A stretch of DNA of 64,000 nt from Alphaproteobacteria bacterium (GTDB lineage: Bacteria > Pseudomonadota > Alphaproteobacteria > SHVV01): assembly GCA_965261735.1 (NCBI GenBank), contig OZ253470.1, positions 2,912,001-2,976,000 of the forward strand, in the 5' to 3' direction. The notes under the pieces are model-generated. The model did no database searches and had not been told where the DNA came from. It saw only the letters and a list, made by a program, of their open reading frames with translations. The stretch's first letter is position 1. The number at the start of each line of letters is the position of its first letter. The position numbers and the translations under genes were made by a program. This document shows, piece after piece, positions 1 to 9,453 of this stretch.

Positions 1-303
1 GCGCCCGCCGAACCGCGCCAGCTCGAACAGGAGATCCCCTGAGCGCGCGCCGAGCTCTGTGAGCTCATAGAGCGTGACCCCGTAGTCCGCCTCCCGCCGC
101 CGCACCACCCCGTCCGCCGTGAGCTGTTGCAGTCGGGTCGTGAGCAGGTTCGAGGCGATGCCCTCGAGCCCACTCAAGAGGTCGGAATAGCGCGCCGGCC
201 CCGCGTGAAGATCACGCAGGATCAACAACGTCCAGCGGTCGCCGACGCGATCCAGCGCGCGGGCAATGGGACAAAGAAGCTGATATCGGCGCGGTCCTGC
301 CAT
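1..303 (-). CDS. HxlR-family winged-helix transcriptional regulator (3' end runs off window)
   Basis: Manual translation from ATG at 303: MAGPRRYQLLCPIARALDRVGDRWTLLILRDLHAGPARYSDLLSGLEGIASNLLTTRL. This is the typical HxlR CP..A...GDRW.LLILR motif. Not in the ORF track. Confidence 0.85.
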   Translation of the reverse strand, partial: MAGPRRYQLLCPIARALDRVGDRWTLLILRDLHAGPARYSDLLSGLEGIASNLLTTRLQQLTADGVVRRREADYGVTLYELTELGARSGDLLFELARFGGR

Positions 304-362
304 GCCCTCACACCATCGTCGACCCGAGGAATTTCGTCGGATCGTTTAATATATCATTTTTT

Positions 363-381
363 AACTTGATTTTTTCAAGTT
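363..381. promoter_or_regulatory. Palindromic operator, probably bound by the HxlR regulator
   Basis: AACTTGA-ttttt-TCAAGTT, a perfect 7-5-7 inverted repeat in the AT-rich gap between divergent genes. Confidence 0.6.
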
Positions 382-427
382 CAAACCTAAATCCTGGTTG
401 TTGCCCAGCCACGCAATGGAGAATGAC

Positions 428-721
428 ATGAGCGCATTGATGATCGCCCGTATCACCGTCAAGGACCCAGCAAAATTCCAGGAGTATCTCGCTAAGACGC
501 AGGCGGTCGCAGCGCCTTACGGCGCGGAACTCGTCCATCGCGGCAAGGCCGATAAGGCGCTGACCGGCGAGAGCGCGGACCACGAGCTCGCCGTGATCGT
601 GAAATTCCCGAGCCTCGCGAAGCTCGACGAGTGGTACGGCTCCGACGCCTACCAGCCGCTCAAGGCGCTCCGCGATGCCGGCGCCGACATGAGGATGACA
701 AGCTACGAGGTGACGGGTTGA
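428..721 (+). CDS. DUF1330 domain protein
   Basis: ITVKDPAKFQEY...YGAELV...VIVKFPSL..LDEWYGSDAYQPL..LR; paralog at 58215. Confidence 0.85.
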   Translation: MSALMIARITVKDPAKFQEYLAKTQAVAAPYGAELVHRGKADKALTGESADHELAVIVKFPSLAKLDEWYGSDAYQPLKALRDAGADMRMTSYEVTG

Positions 722-1044
722 CCGCGAAGCCATACGCGGGTGCGAGCCGCGGCTGCGCCACGTAACCTCGGCGCCCTCCCCTTATCCCGCGTAAATCGCA
801 ATAGTGAACACGGCTGAGATATGTGCCATGCCAAGAATACGTTGGCACTGCACGGTGGGGAATCTTGAACCGGGTTTTCACACGGTCTGGTCCGTTTTGA
901 CGGGCCTCCCGCGCTCCAAAAGATCGATCTCTAAGAGGTTTGCAAAAGCCCCCGCCAAAACCTTTGAGTTTTGAGGGGGTTTTGATAGCACCGCGTTTGG
1001 GCGGGCTCTCATAAACGCGGAGGCTGTGGTGCTGGCTCGCCGCG

Positions 1045-1157
1045 AATGAGCGGTTATGGCTAGTTCCGGTCGTCAGGGTAGGGAGCAAATTACGACCGGT
1101 TTCTGGTGAACAGCAGACATTTGGCGTGACAATGTCCGCTCTACCCCGCATATCGGG
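1045..1157. repeat. GTCCGCT..AGCRGAC palindromic repeat cluster A
   Basis: gaccggtttctggtgaacagcagacat and aatgtccgctctaccccg; related to clusters at 2149, 17070 and 20139. Confidence 0.5.
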
Positions 1158-1369
1158 CCAACGGCCGCCACCTCGGAGCGCGCCGCGGCAAGGGGAACCC
1201 AGTCGCCCATCGCCCGAGGCCCTCATCGGGCGAAGAGTCGAGGAGCCGTGGCTTCGATGCCGGGATGAGCGCTTCACCCTACGCGGCCATCCGACAGTGA
1301 CGCTCGCCGGCGCCGTTGGCGAACGGCATGCGGATTGCCGTATCGTGGTTCCGCACGGTATGGATGGGC

Positions 1370-2101
1370 ATGGCGGCACCCGGACTGCGAGAGACCGACC
1401 TTTATCGACCCATCAAGCGACTGCTCGAAGAGCAGGGCTACGAAGTAAAGAGCGAGATCGGCGCGGCCGATGTCCTCGCCGTACGCGCTGGCGACGATCC
1501 CGTCGTCGTTGAACTCAAGACCGGCTTTGGGCTGTCGCTGTTCCATCAGGCGATCGACCGGCAGCGATTGACGGACGCTGTCTACATCACCGTCCCGCAC
1601 GGCGCGGGCCAAGCGTTTCAACAAGCGCTGCGCAACAACCTGGGTCTGTGCCGCCGCCTCGGATTGGGGCTGATCACGGTGCGCGCCGACGACGACTTTG
1701 TTCAGATCCATTGCGACCCGGTACCCTATCGCCCGCGCCAGTCAAAAGCCCGGCGCGGGCGCCTGCTGCAGGAGTTCGCCAGACGGGTCGGCGATCCCAA
1801 TTCCGGTGGGTCCACGCGGCGTGGCTTGATGACGGCCTATCGCCAGGATGCGCTGAGATGCGTGCAACTTCTTCACGAACACGGCCCGACAAAGGCGTCG
1901 GAGGTGGCGACGTGGACGGGCGTGGAGAAGGCGCGGCGGCTGATGGCGGATGACCACTATGGCTGGTTCGACCGCGTACGGACGGGCGTCTACGCGCTAA
2001 GCCCGAAGGGCGTCGCGGCGGTCGCTGAATATGCCGAGGCGATCGCGGCGCTCGATAGAACGGCTCTCATGGAATTCCCCCCTGTTGACGGCCGATCCTA
2101 G
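1370..2101 (+). CDS. DUF2161-family putative PD-(D/E)XK nuclease-like protein
   Basis: RETDLYRPIK..LE.QGYEVKSEI..ADV.A.R...VVVELK; C-terminal GDPN.GGS.R..LMTAYRQ.AL and HYGWF.R..TG.Y.L. Confidence 0.85.
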   Translation: MAAPGLRETDLYRPIKRLLEEQGYEVKSEIGAADVLAVRAGDDPVVVELKTGFGLSLFHQAIDRQRLTDAVYITVPHGAGQAFQQALRNNLGLCRRLGLGLITVRADDDFVQIHCDPVPYRPRQSKARRGRLLQEFARRVGDPNSGGSTRRGLMTAYRQDALRCVQLLHEHGPTKASEVATWTGVEKARRLMADDHYGWFDRVRTGVYALSPKGVAAVAEYAEAIAALDRTALMEFPPVDGRS

Positions 2102-2148
2102 ACCTTCCCCTGACAATCAGAATTCCGAACCGGTGCTTATACCGACGC

Positions 2149-2289
2149 GCAGCGGACGCAATGGGGGAGACGCAACGCGCAGGCTAAAGGTCTGCTGCTG
2201 GCTATGAGGCGAAGTTCGAACCGGGTCGCCGGTAGGGCCGCTTTACCGTCGAAAGTCGACCTTCGAGCGGCAACGGGCGCTTTTCGCCC
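2149..2289. repeat. Palindromic repeat cluster B
   Basis: gcgaagttcgaaccgggtcgccg...ccgctttaccgtcgaaagtcgaccttcgagc aligns by eye with 20161-20220. Confidence 0.6.
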
Positions 2290-2378
2290 GTTCTTCCGCT
2301 TCACACGCTTTGGCGCACCACGTACTGCGATCCGCCGTCGGCCGAGAATCATTGTGGTTCGGACAACCCGCGCGTTCC

Positions 2379-3828
2379 GATCGTGTCCCGCGGAGTGGTG
2401 TAAGAGCGTTGCGCTCTACGCGGCTCCCGGCGGGTAGGGCCGGGACGTTCAGGCTGCCACGGTGGGCAGCGTGATGGGGACACCATCGCTCAGCGGAGCG
2501 ATGGATTCCAGCGTCATGTATCTCCTTGAGACGGCCCACTCGTCGTTCTGCTCGAGAAGGATGGCGCCGACGAGCCGTGTGATGGCGGCTTCGTTGGGAA
2601 AGATACCGACGACGTTGGTGCGACGCTTGACCTCGGCATGGAGCCGTTCGATCGGGTTTGTGGAGTGCAATTTCTGGCGGTGCTCCCTGGGGAAGCTCAT
2701 GTAGGCGAGGACGTCGTGCTCGGCTTCGTCCATGAGAACTGCCAGCTTGGGCACCTTGGGCCTGAGCTGGTCGGCGACCTGGCGCCACTGGACCTTCGCG
2801 CTGTCGGCGTCCTCCTGGGCGAAGGCGGTGGCGACGAAGGCGGAGACGACGCGCCGGCCCTGGCGGCCGGCATGGGCCAGCAGGTTGCGGGCGAAGTGCA
2901 CGCGGCAGCGCTGCCATGTGGCGCCGAGGATCCGGGTCGCGGCGGCCTTCAGGCCCTTAGTGGTCGTCGGAGATCACCAGCTTCACGCCGCGCAGCCCGC
3001 GCCGGGCCAGCGAGCGCAGGAACTCGGTCCAGAAGGTCTCGGCCTCCGACGCGCCGATCGCCACGCCCAGGACCTCGCGGCGGCCTTGGTCGTTGACGGC
3101 CACAGCCACGGTCACCGCGACCGAGACGATGCGTCCGGTCTGGCGCACCTTCACGTAGGTGGCGTCGAGCCACAGATAGGGCCAGTCGCCCTCCAGCGGT
3201 CGATCGAGGAAGCCGTTGACCTTATCGTCGATCTCGCCGCACAGCCTGGAGACCTGGCTCTTGGAGACGCCCGACATGCCCATGGCCTGCACCAGGTCGT
3301 CGACCGAGCGGGTCGACACGCCCTGGATGTAGGCCTCCTGGATCACCGCAGCCAGCGCCTTCTCGGCCATCCGCCGCGGCTCCAGGAAGCCCGGGAAGTA
3401 GCTCCCCTTCCTCAGCTTCGGGATCTTCAGCTCGACCGTGCCGGCCCGCGTCTCCCAGGACCGGTCGCGGTAGCCGTTGCGGTGGGTGATACGATCCGCC
3501 GAGCGCTCGCCGTGCCCGGTGCCGGTCAGGCCCTCGACCTCCAGTGCCATCAGCCGCTCGGCCGTGAAGCCGATCATCTCGCAAAGCAGATCGGCATCGG
3601 AGCTCTTCTCCAAAAGCGCGCGCAGGGTCATCATGTCCTGGGTCATCGTGGTTCTCCTTCGGGTCAGGTTGGTTTGCACTAGCCCAACCCTAAACCGGAA
3701 CCGCGATGGCCTCCGCTGTGGATAGCCGGCTTGCCTACGCCAGACTCTCGGCGGTCGCTACGGCAAGCCGCCTACCCACAGCTACCAGAGGCTCCAACAA
3801 CTCCTACACCACGTCCTGGGACACGACC
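2379..3828 (-). mobile_element. IS256-family element, copy 1; transposase frameshifted
   Basis: Ends GATCGTGTCCC / GGGACACGACC. Transposase 2449-3646 is split by a 1-nt insertion near 2959 relative to copy 2. No target duplication. Confidence 0.95.
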
Positions 3829-4438
3829 TCTGGCGCTGTTCGAGTGGCTGGCGGCCGACTATAAGTCGCGCGTCGGCGACTGGGATGGGCTCGAGGCCCT
3901 TCGCCGGGCGTACGCGTACTGTTACGCGCTGCGCGCGCTCGGCCGCGCCAGGCCGGCGCAGGTGAGTTATGTGCGCGACTTCGTCATGGACGAGAACACC
4001 CTTGACTACCTGCCGGCGCTGCTCGGTCCCTGGTGGTGCAATCCCTACTCGTATCCGCGGGCCCTACGAGCGAATCGCGAGGGAGCTCCTTGGAACCGGT
4101 TCCTTCTGGAGAGCGGGTCCGGGGGCGGGGGCCATGGGGTGGTGGTGGCGGAGAACCGCTACACGCTCGTGCTTCAAGCCTGGGTCTCGGGCGACAGACG
4201 CCCCTTCCATGTCGTGGAAATCATCGGCCGGGGGGACTTCAACGGCGACAGCCTGGACGACCTCCTCTTCCGCGTGACCTCGGTGGACTATTCCCCGGAC
4301 ACCAGGGAATCCGAATACTTCCTGGTGTCTCGCCGCCGTGGCGACGAGGTGCTCCGCGTCGCCGAGTTCCTGAGCCCGCAATACGGCGAGCGCCGGCGTT
4401 GCGTAGCGGATCCCGGCGAGCTGTGGGAGCCGCGCTAA
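3829..4438 (+). pseudogene. C-terminal part of a secreted-protein paralog (5' end removed at the IS256 junction)
   Basis: LFEWLAADY...RRAYAYCYALRAL.RARPA..SYVRDFVMD matches 6246-6749; carries an FG-GAP-like GDFNGDSLDDLL. Confidence 0.7.
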
Positions 4439-4483
4439 GGTTGGCGCAACGCTACCACAAGGCGGGGTCCGCGCGGCCCGCGC

Positions 4484-5464
4484 TCACAACAGGATGGGGC
4501 CCGCATCGAGGGGGAGGGCCGGGTTCGCGCCCCGGCCCCATTGAATGACCGGCTTGAGCTCGACACGTTTCTTGAAGTCGACCCAACAGGGCTCCTGCTT
4601 GGCCGCCTCGAGCAGCCATTCGCGGGTCTTGTCGTTCCTCTCGGCTTGAGCCTGTGTGCGATGTGACAGCGCCGCCGCCCGCTTCCAATTCCTCGTATTG
4701 ACCGCCTTGCCGAATTTCCCCTCTTGATGGTCTTCCGCACCCTTGGCGCCCAGCTGGTAGGCCATGTCGAGGACCGCGAGCTTGGCTTCGTGGGGGTACG
4801 TGTCGAAAGCGCTGAATTCCTTCCGTCTCCTGACCTCTTTGATCTTTATGTCGATATCTATTAGGGCGAGTTCTATGGCCCTGTTCTCTCTGATCTCGGC
4901 CTCGGTTTCGCTGTGGGCTAGCCACGGCTTGTTTACTTCGCCCTGGTGCGTGACTCTCGCGAAATCGTCGCTTAGGACCTTGTCCGAGGCCGGCGCGCCG
5001 CCCACCTTGAGCACGAAGTAGTCGCGTAGGCGATGCGCCTCCCCGACATCGGGGAGCCAATGGCCGAAGCCGACGGTCATCTCGCCGCCCCCGTCGAGGT
5101 GCATGAAGCCGATGTAGTTGCCGCGGTAGTTTTCCACCCCTTTTAGGTGTTCCAGGAGCTCGTTCACGTAGTCCTTGTGTTCGGGCGCGGTCATGTCGCG
5201 GCTGAAGGTCTCCTGGCTGAAGTCGATGAAGGGGTGGCAGGTGTCGGATTTGACGAGGATCTCCTTGTTGCCCGCGGGCGCCACCGCCCAGCGCGCCGCG
5301 CCGAGGCGGAGTAGCTCCTCGGCGAGCACGGCTCGCGGGGTCGCGCGCGCCTTGAGCAGCGCGACCTGCTCGATGCGCTCGCAGAACTGGCGCGCCCAGG
5401 CGGGTCCGCCGAGCTTCGCCGCCTTGCACTCGATGTCCGCGCGGGTGGGATCGCCTGCCGTCAT
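4484..5464 (-). CDS. Lysozyme-like (GH24/phage-type) muramidase with an N-terminal extension
   Basis: VENY..YIGFMHLDGGGEMTVGFGH; AVLDMAYQLG...FGKAV..RNWKRAA..SHR....ERN. Confidence 0.7.
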   Translation of the reverse strand: MTAGDPTRADIECKAAKLGGPAWARQFCERIEQVALLKARATPRAVLAEELLRLGAARWAVAPAGNKEILVKSDTCHPFIDFSQETFSRDMTAPEHKDYVNELLEHLKGVENYRGNYIGFMHLDGGGEMTVGFGHWLPDVGEAHRLRDYFVLKVGGAPASDKVLSDDFARVTHQGEVNKPWLAHSETEAEIRENRAIELALIDIDIKIKEVRRRKEFSAFDTYPHEAKLAVLDMAYQLGAKGAEDHQEGKFGKAVNTRNWKRAAALSHRTQAQAERNDKTREWLLEAAKQEPCWVDFKKRVELKPVIQWGRGANPALPLDAGPILL

Positions 5465-5525
5465 GATGCTTCTCCGTCGATGTTGATGCAGATGCGCTGG
5501 TTGTTATTGGCCGGATGCGGTGATC

Positions 5526-5620
5526 ACCCCCTCCCCAACCCTCCCCCATCGAGGGGGGGGGGCTATGGGCGCACCGCATTCTCCCTCCCCCCTTCGTGGG
5601 GGAGGGTTGGGAGGGGGGCG
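5526..5620. repeat. Inverted pair of REP-like elements (CCCTCCCCC..GGGGAGGG type)
   Basis: ccccctccccaaccctcccccatcgaggggg and its inverted partner ctcccccttcgtgggggagggttgggaggggg; partial copy near 4500-4520. Confidence 0.7.
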
Positions 5621-5651
5621 ACCTGCTGGCGTCAAAAAGCATGCGCCGCCC

Positions 5652-6180
5652 TCAGCGGACGGCGCGGCCGATGGGGCCGTTGCGCAGGATGTCGTCGAGG
5701 ATCGCGGCCTTGGTGCGCGCGATGATGCGATCGCCCGCGGCGCGAGCACGGCGACCGCCGCCGGGCTCGCGCCGCGGAAATCGAAGTTGAAGGTTTGATG
5801 GAAGTGGACGACCGGCCGGGCGGCGGCGGCGGCGCGCACGAACAGCTCGGGCCCCGCCTCGCCCACGAGATAGGGGATGCGCGGCAGCACCGGCCCGCCG
5901 TGCTGCTTGCCGAAGATACCGGTGAGGCCGCCCCTGAGCAGCTCCGAAAGCGGCGCGACGACGCCGACGCGCAGCATGTCGCTCGCGATGTCGTCGAGGA
6001 TGCTGGAGGCGATGTCGCGCAGGCGCTTGAACTCGAACTCGTTCGACCTCACCATGTCGCCGACCACGCGGGCGACGCGCCCCATGCCGCGCTCCATGAT
6101 GGTCGTGACGGCACCCATGGCCTCGGCAACGGGCCCCACCATCACCGCATCGAGCTGGCCGAACGTCCCGTTGATGGCTT
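5652..6180 (-). pseudogene. Phage tail tape-measure C-terminal fragment, frameshifted near 5740
   Basis: HGGPV....YLVGEAGPELFV motif; the probable true C-terminus DRIIARTKAAILDDILRNGPIGRAVR lies in another frame. Confidence 0.65.
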
Positions 6181-6245
6181 TTCGGCCGCTTTTGGCAGCG
6201 ACAGTGCACTTTCTGGTTGCGTGGTTCGGCGCTAACATCTGGCCC

Positions 6246-6749
6246 ATGGCGCGCACTCGAATCATAGCCGCCTTAGCCGGCGCGCTCTGCGCATGCGCCA
6301 GCGTCCTGTCCGCCCCGGCCGGCTCGGCCGAGCGTTATCCGGTGTGGTGGGCGCCGGAGATCGGGATCGAAAGCCTCGACGAGATCGACGCTCTGCTCGC
6401 CAAGCCGTTTCCGCCTGAGCTCCGCCACACGCTATACACGTACGTTTGGCAGGGGAGGCAGATCCCATCAGGGAAGGGGTTTCAACCAAAGGATCCCCAG
6501 CCGATTGACAACTGCCTTACGCTGTTCCAGTGGCTGGCGGCCAAATATGAGACGCACGTCTACGACTGGGACGGGTTCCAAGCTTATCGCCGGGCGTACG
6601 CCTACTGTTACGCGCTGCGCGCCCTCAAGCGGGCGAGGCCGGCTAAAATCAGCTACGTCCGCGACTTCGTCATGGACGCCCACGCCCTCGACTACCCGCC
6701 GGCGCTGGTCGGCCCCTGGTGGCGCCGCAGACGCCAGCGCGCGGCCTAG
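6246..6749 (+). CDS. Secreted hypothetical protein, apparently 3'-truncated paralog of 3829-4438
   Basis: Signal peptide MARTRIIAALAGALCACASVLSAPAGSA; similarity to the paralog ends at GPWW, where it meets the ATP-grasp gene. Confidence 0.65.
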   Translation: MARTRIIAALAGALCACASVLSAPAGSAERYPVWWAPEIGIESLDEIDALLAKPFPPELRHTLYTYVWQGRQIPSGKGFQPKDPQPIDNCLTLFQWLAAKYETHVYDWDGFQAYRRAYAYCYALRALKRARPAKISYVRDFVMDAHALDYPPALVGPWWRRRRQRAA

Positions 6750-7978
6750 GGCTTGATGGTGAAGTGGAGGCGGCGGTGGGCCTCGCGCAGGGCGCGCTCG
6801 ACCGCCGCTGGCGCTTCGCCGCTGGCGAAGAGAAAGCCCAAGTAGCGGTCGCCCTCGGGTAGCGGCACCACGGGCTGGCCGACGGGGATGGTGATGCGCA
6901 CGTCCTCGATACCGGGGACACCGCGCGCCTCGATCTCTCCGCCGACCGCACGCAAGGTGCCGGCGCCGGGGATCGGGATCATCATGACACCGGCGGCGCG
7001 ACCCTCGCGGGCGAGCTCCGTGAGCGGCAGCCCGAGCGCGTGGCGCAGGATCAGCTCCTCGAGGCTGATACCGGCGCCGAAGCGCAGCGTGCGCCCGCAC
7101 AAGCCTCCGATCGAGCGCGCCGCCATCTCGAGCACCCACACGCCCTGCTCGTTGACGCGAAACTCGGCGTGGACCGGGCCCTCCGTGAGCCCGAGGGCCG
7201 CTGCCGCCCGGCGCGCCGCTGCGATCACCTCGGCCTGCACCGGCGCAGCCAGGCGCGACGGGGTCACGTAGATCGTCTCCTCGAAGTACGGGCCCTCAAG
7301 CGCATCGGGCTTGTCGAACAGCGCCAGCACCTGCAATTCCCCGGCGACCAGCAACCCTTCGAGCGCGACCTCGACGCCGGGGATGTAGCTCTCGACCAGG
7401 AGATGCGCGACGAGGTCGGGCCGCACGGGCTCTCGCGCGGTCGCGAGCAGCGCATGGATGCGCGCGAAGGCGGCAACGAAGGCGGGCGCGTCGTCGCCAC
7501 GGATGACGCCGCGGCTCGCCGACAGCGCGAGCGGCTTGAGGACGCACGGATAGGGGGTGGCGCGCGCTGCTTCGTGCGCGTCCGCATCGAGCCTGACCAG
7601 CGCGAAGTTTGGGCTCGCCAGGCCGGCGGCTGCGAACGCCTTGCGCATCGCGTACTTGTTGCCCGCAGCCGCGACCGCATCCGGCGCGTTGTGGGCGAGC
7701 CCGAGCGCCCGGGCCGCCTGCGCCGCCAGGAGCGTTGCCGATTCGTCGGCGGCGACGATGGCGGTTAGCGGGTGGGTACGGGCGAAGCCGACGATCTGCT
7801 CCGTGCCCCTGGCCGCGTCGGCGAAGTCGAGCGTCAGCGTGCGCCTCTCACCGAGCGCTTCGGGCGCCTGACGGCGCTCGGCACCGACGGTAACCTCGAT
7901 CCCGATCGCTTGCGCCGCCGCCATGAAGTCGTGGACGCGGTAGGAGGTCGTCGGAACCAGCAACAGCAGTCGGGTCAC
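6746..7978 (-). CDS. ATP-grasp domain protein (amide/peptide ligase family)
   Basis: NKYAMR, YPCVLKPLALSASRGVI, LVESYIPG.EVALEG, GPVHAEFR...VLEMAARSIGG. Confidence 0.9.
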   Translation of the reverse strand: MTRLLLLVPTTSYRVHDFMAAAQAIGIEVTVGAERRQAPEALGERRTLTLDFADAARGTEQIVGFARTHPLTAIVAADESATLLAAQAARALGLAHNAPDAVAAAGNKYAMRKAFAAAGLASPNFALVRLDADAHEAARATPYPCVLKPLALSASRGVIRGDDAPAFVAAFARIHALLATAREPVRPDLVAHLLVESYIPGVEVALEGLLVAGELQVLALFDKPDALEGPYFEETIYVTPSRLAAPVQAEVIAAARRAAAALGLTEGPVHAEFRVNEQGVWVLEMAARSIGGLCGRTLRFGAGISLEELILRHALGLPLTELAREGRAAGVMMIPIPGAGTLRAVGGEIEARGVPGIEDVRITIPVGQPVVPLPEGDRYLGFLFASGEAPAAVERALREAHRRLHFTIKP

Positions 7979-8012
7979 GACGCTCCGCCCAGCCTAGCCG
8001 CGGGCACCGAGG

Positions 8013-9404
8013 CTACAGGCGCGCGAGCTGTTCGGCGCTCGGCTCCGCACAGCAATACCAGGGCTCGCTCATCTGCGGGGTGTCGCGCGCGGTGCCTGGT
8101 AGCGCCGGCGCGGGGCGACCGCACGCCTCGTGGGCGGCCCGCCAGAGCTCGGCGAAAACCTCGCTGCGCGCGCGGCCCGTGCCCTCTTCGACGATACCCA
8201 TCACGCGGGCCTGCAGGCGATCGATGGCGGGGTCGGGATGGGTCCAGGGGTAGCACAGGGCCGCGTCGTCGAAGGGGCCGAGATGGCGCTGCATCTCGGG
8301 CACGGCCAGCAGCAGCGAGCCGCGCGGCACAAGGAGCCGGATCGCGAGCTGCACCGGCGCGACCTCGGCGATAAGGTCGAGCTCGACGAGCGCCTCGAGG
8401 AGCTCGAGGTAGCCCGCCGCCGTCGTCCATGGCGCGAACGGGATGAAGGTCGGCGACAGCGTCAGGCCGGCGGCGCGAGCGAGCGTCACGGCGCGCACGA
8501 AGTCGGCCCGGGTGTGGCCCTTGTCGAGCAGCGCCAGCACCCGATCATCGATCGACTCGACCGCCGTGGTGACGAACAGGCAGCCGGTGTCGGCCAACGT
8601 GGGCAAGTGGCGTTCCGCGCTCAGCAGATGCTCGATCTTGATCGTGACGTCGTAGGTGAGGTCGGGGAACGCCGCGTGAAACGCGCGCGCCAGAGCGATC
8701 GCGTGGCCCGGACCGTTGAAGAAATCGGGATCGCCGAACGTGATGTGGCGCGCACCGGCCGCGACCTGGCGGCGGATGTCCTCCATGACGACCGTGCGCT
8801 CGACGACGCGGAACTGGCCCTGGTACACCGGGACCACCGGGCAGTGGCGGCACAGGTGCTTGCAGCCGCGGCTCGCCTCGGTGTAGCCGACGACGCGGGT
8901 TGCGCCGCCGATCTCGAGATGGGCGTAGTTCTCGAGCGGCGGCAGCCCGCCGCGCTCGGGCACGCGAAAGCGCTGCTTGGCGAGCACGACATCGGCCTGG
9001 CCGTCCCCGCTTTCGCCGCTCTCACCGCTGGTGGGCGAGCCGGTGAGGCGCTCATAGAGGGCAACGAGGGGGGCCTCGAACTCGCCACCGACGATGGTCT
9101 CGGCCCCGAGGGCGCGCAGGAAACCAGCGTTCATGGGCGCATAGAGCCCGTAGAAGCATAGGTGCGCCGCCGCATTGAGCGCGCGCAGGCGCTGGGCGAG
9201 CAGGCCCGCAAGGCGCGTCGCCGTATGCATCGGGACATAGACCGCGATCAGGCCGGCCGCGCGGACCGCCGCCTCGTCGAGCGCCTCGACCGCGAGATCG
9301 TTCACGCTCACCTGCGCGCCGGCCTCGGCGAGCCACGCCGCCGGCGAGGCGAGCCCGAAGGGCTGGCGCCCAAGCTCGTAAGTTGACAGAAGAACGGCCT
9401 TCAT
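8013..9404 (-). CDS. CUAEP/CCAEP-tail radical SAM protein (Cys version)
   Basis: SRGCKHLCRHCP (CxxxCxxC); B12-binding-like N-terminus STYELGRQPFGLAS; C-terminal EPWYCCAEP (codons TGC TGT). Confidence 0.9.
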   Translation of the reverse strand: MKAVLLSTYELGRQPFGLASPAAWLAEAGAQVSVNDLAVEALDEAAVRAAGLIAVYVPMHTATRLAGLLAQRLRALNAAAHLCFYGLYAPMNAGFLRALGAETIVGGEFEAPLVALYERLTGSPTSGESGESGDGQADVVLAKQRFRVPERGGLPPLENYAHLEIGGATRVVGYTEASRGCKHLCRHCPVVPVYQGQFRVVERTVVMEDIRRQVAAGARHITFGDPDFFNGPGHAIALARAFHAAFPDLTYDVTIKIEHLLSAERHLPTLADTGCLFVTTAVESIDDRVLALLDKGHTRADFVRAVTLARAAGLTLSPTFIPFAPWTTAAGYLELLEALVELDLIAEVAPVQLAIRLLVPRGSLLLAVPEMQRHLGPFDDAALCYPWTHPDPAIDRLQARVMGIVEEGTGRARSEVFAELWRAAHEACGRPAPALPGTARDTPQMSEPWYCCAEPSAEQLARL

Positions 9405-9453
9405 CGCCGTGAAATCCGCGAGCTGCGGCCGCCCGGCCGGCGGGCGGGCGCGC

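Noticed and set aside
4484-6180. Intact prophage or gene transfer agent
   Set aside because: Only a lysozyme and a frameshifted tape-measure fragment are present; the terminase fragment is 38 kb away, and there are no capsid or portal genes.
8013-8080. Selenocysteine in the radical SAM tail
   Set aside because: The codons are TGC TGT, so this is the Cys form; there is no in-frame TGA.
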